The notes under the pieces: generated by a model
Told to the model about the DNA's origin: nothing
What the model saw: the letters and a program-made list of their open reading frames with translations, nothing else
Databases searched by the model: none
In this document: positions 13,917 through 16,001 of the stretch, one piece after another
Position numbering within the stretch: position 1 is the stretch's first letter
Layout: each line of letters opens with the position of its first letter
From: Candidatus Krumholzibacteriia bacterium
GTDB taxonomy: Bacteria > Krumholzibacteriota > Krumholzibacteriia > LZORAL124-64-63
Direction: 5' to 3'
DNA length: 16,001 bases
NCBI GenBank assembly: GCA_036351155.1
Contig: JAZBOO010000021.1
Span: 1-16,001 of the forward strand
Made by a program: the position numbers and the translations under genes

Positions 13917-15155
13917 ATGGCACGCCTTACTAATCGCCTCCACGACAAGACCGTCAAGACCGCGAAGCCGAAGGACAAGAAGTACGAACTGCGCGACGGC
14001 AACGGCCTGGTCCTGCGCATCTACCCGAACGGCGAGAAGCGCTGGTACTACAACTACGACTTCCAGGGACGGCGTCGGAATATGATGCTGGGAGCGTATC
14101 CAGGCGTGACGCTGGCTGACGCCCGCCAGTTGCGCGACGACGCCCGCGGGCTCGTCAGTCAGAAGATCGACCCGCTGACGGCCAGGCAGGAGGCCGAGCG
14201 GGCTGCGAGGCTCAACCCGACTCTCCAGGAACTCGCAGCGCAGTACATGGCCTCAGCCGCCTTCAGGGGACTCTCGCAACGCTCCCAGGCCGACTACAGG
14301 CGCACATACGTGACCTACACCCCAGATCGGATCGCCCGGTTGAAGGTCAACGAGTTGGAGCCCTTCCACATCAAGGCGATCACGACCCCGATCCGTAAGC
14401 GCGGCGCGATGGTTGCGGCACAGCGCGCCCTGGCCCACCTGAAGAGCCTGTTCTCCTGGGCCAACGATGAGGCCGACATCGCGGTCAACCCGTGTGTGAC
14501 GCTTAAGATCAAGGTCACCCAGGTCTTCGACCAACGCGTCCTGGCTCCCGCGGAGATCCACACCTTCTGGCACACGCTCGACGGGTTCGAGACCCACCAC
14601 AGCATCAAGAACGCGCTCCGGCTGCAGCTCCTTACACTCACCCGCCGCGCCGAAGTTTGCATGGCTGAATGGAGTCACGTGGACTGGACCGAGCGAATCT
14701 GGACCGTCCCCAGCGCGAATGCCAAGAACAGCCGGGAGCACCGGCTCTACCTGACCGACACTGCCATCGCGGTCCTCAAAGCTCAGAAGAGCATCGCGGG
14801 CCGAAGCAAGTGGGTCTTTCCCAGCGTGCAGGATCCCCGAAAGCACCTTCCAGCCGACAGCGTCACCCAGGCCGTCATCAACAACCGGGGACTGTGCGCC
14901 TTCGAAAAGCCCTTCAACACGCACGATCTTCGACGGACTGCCGCGACCGAAGCCACCGGCAGCGGAGCACCCCGAGACCACGTCAAGCGCACCCTGAACC
15001 ACTCGCGGGCCGGGGATGTGACCGACCGGTACGACCGGTACAGCTACGACCGCGAGAAACAGGAGGTACTGAAGATCTGGGAGCGGCGGCTACTCGAGAT
15101 CGTTGCTTCGAATGACGAGAAGGGCGAAACGTCATGCAACACTATGGTCGTTTGA
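13917..15155 (+). CDS. P4-like tyrosine integrase with N-terminal arm-DNA-binding (DUF4102-type) domain
   Basis: YELRDGNGLVLRIYPNGEKRW...LGAYPGVTLADAR; catalytic residues in TLTRRAE (R), AKN (K), HDLRRT (H, R), LNH (H) and YDRYSY (Y). Confidence 0.95.
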   Translation: MARLTNRLHDKTVKTAKPKDKKYELRDGNGLVLRIYPNGEKRWYYNYDFQGRRRNMMLGAYPGVTLADARQLRDDARGLVSQKIDPLTARQEAERAARLNPTLQELAAQYMASAAFRGLSQRSQADYRRTYVTYTPDRIARLKVNELEPFHIKAITTPIRKRGAMVAAQRALAHLKSLFSWANDEADIAVNPCVTLKIKVTQVFDQRVLAPAEIHTFWHTLDGFETHHSIKNALRLQLLTLTRRAEVCMAEWSHVDWTERIWTVPSANAKNSREHRLYLTDTAIAVLKAQKSIAGRSKWVFPSVQDPRKHLPADSVTQAVINNRGLCAFEKPFNTHDLRRTAATEATGSGAPRDHVKRTLNHSRAGDVTDRYDRYSYDREKQEVLKIWERRLLEIVASNDEKGETSCNTMVV

Positions 15156-15519
15156 CTAGCACTCACACTTGCCATATTTCCGTAGTTTGTTTAATACCAG
15201 CCTGTTAACTCCTTACACCGGACAACCAGCCAGGCCCGGAATTCCTCCCGGAGGGTTGGCAATGAACATTCGTAAAGAAATCTCCAAAAAAATCCAGGAA
15301 GATTGGCGAAGCAACGCCAATTCGAGGCCAGTATAACTCCTTTGTTTTCAGGACCCGACCTTCGGAATCTATACAAAAAGATGTTGACTAACAACGACTT
15401 AGGGCATTTTGCAATCCCCCACCCACTTGCACAGCTAGACTCACCGCGTCATCATGATGCCCATGGAGAGCACTTCACCGCCACGGAACACCGGGGCGTA
15501 GCATTCAGGAGAAGGATCT

Positions 15520-15750
15520 ATGGATAGCGACATCAGGATGATGAACGTCAAAGAGGTCATGGACCTCACCGGACTGAGCCGCACAACGCTCTGGCGGCGC
15601 GTCCGCCGGGGTGATTTCCCCACTCCCCGCCAGTTGGGGCCTCGCCGCTTCGCCTGGCTCAACACTGACATCACCGAGTTCATGCTCAACCTGCCGCCGG
15701 TTCCGTATGCCAAGGTCGAGTGGATGAACGGGGAGGTGAGGCCCTCCTAA
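15520..15750 (+). CDS. alpA: AlpA-family regulator / recombination directionality factor
   Basis: AGGAG SD; MMNVKEVMDLTGLSRTTLWRRVRRGDFPTPRQLGPRRFAWLNTDITEF. Confidence 0.92.
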   Translation: MDSDIRMMNVKEVMDLTGLSRTTLWRRVRRGDFPTPRQLGPRRFAWLNTDITEFMLNLPPVPYAKVEWMNGEVRPS

Positions 15751-16001
15751 TCTGACCGAACCTGAAGCGGGCCAGGTTAAGATCCGCGTTCTGCACAATC
15801 GTCGTAGCCGACTACAGGATTGCCACTTAGAGGATCCCACGACGGCGCAACAAAGCGGCGGGGCAGTCGAAAAAGAGAAGAAGGAGATGTTCATTTTGAA
15901 TGTAACCCCTTCACTTCAACTACGAAAAAGATCGCAATAGAGAGTGTTAGTAATTAGTTGCTGGACACTCGTCGGCGAGGGCCGGCTCGGCCGGCCCCGC
16001 C

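Larger units (their letters stand above)
13678..16001. mobile_element. One end of a tRNA-Lys-targeting integrative element (genomic island, prophage or satellite); continues beyond the window
   Basis: tRNA 3'-fragment att site, arm-like repeats, P4-like integrase and AlpA gene in succession. Confidence 0.85.

Noticed and set aside
15191..15527. Small ORFs between the integrase and alpA
   Set aside because: No motifs or clear RBS; the region looks like regulatory intergenic DNA.
15887..15940. 17-codon ORF MFILNVTPSLQLRKRSQ after AAGGAG
   Set aside because: The SD abuts the ATG with no spacer, and the ORF is too short and featureless to support.

Overview
GC-rich bacterial chromosome segment in genetic code 11. 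The FlgD-Ig/T9SS-like C-terminal domains suggest an FCB-group or related candidate phylum (inference). From left to right: (1) the start of a lipoprotein gene; (2) a toxin-antitoxin patch with an orphan BrnA antitoxin behind an internally deleted brnT, a truncated Phd-like antitoxin, and an intact Gp49/HigB-XRE pair between two diverged 187-bp repeats; (3) a run of exported-protein genes (beta-helix/FlgD protein, 6-blade propeller, DUF3124 lipoprotein, MBL-TPR hydrolase, tail-sheath/FlgD fusion, vWA protein); (4) a DUF3160 gene between two tRNA-Lys(CTT) 3'-fragment att sites; (5) the end of an integrative element with a P4-like integrase and AlpA. Two observations stand out. The ORFs at 3393-4064 and 1884-3323 form one continuous frame interrupted only by two in-frame UGA codons (L-U-E-Y-G-U-V) followed by SECIS-like hairpins, making a candidate secreted di-selenocysteine protein. 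A lone phage tail-sheath domain carries a signal peptide in place of its N-terminal arm and a FlgD-type C-terminal domain. Family assignments come from motif recognition, not from database searches.
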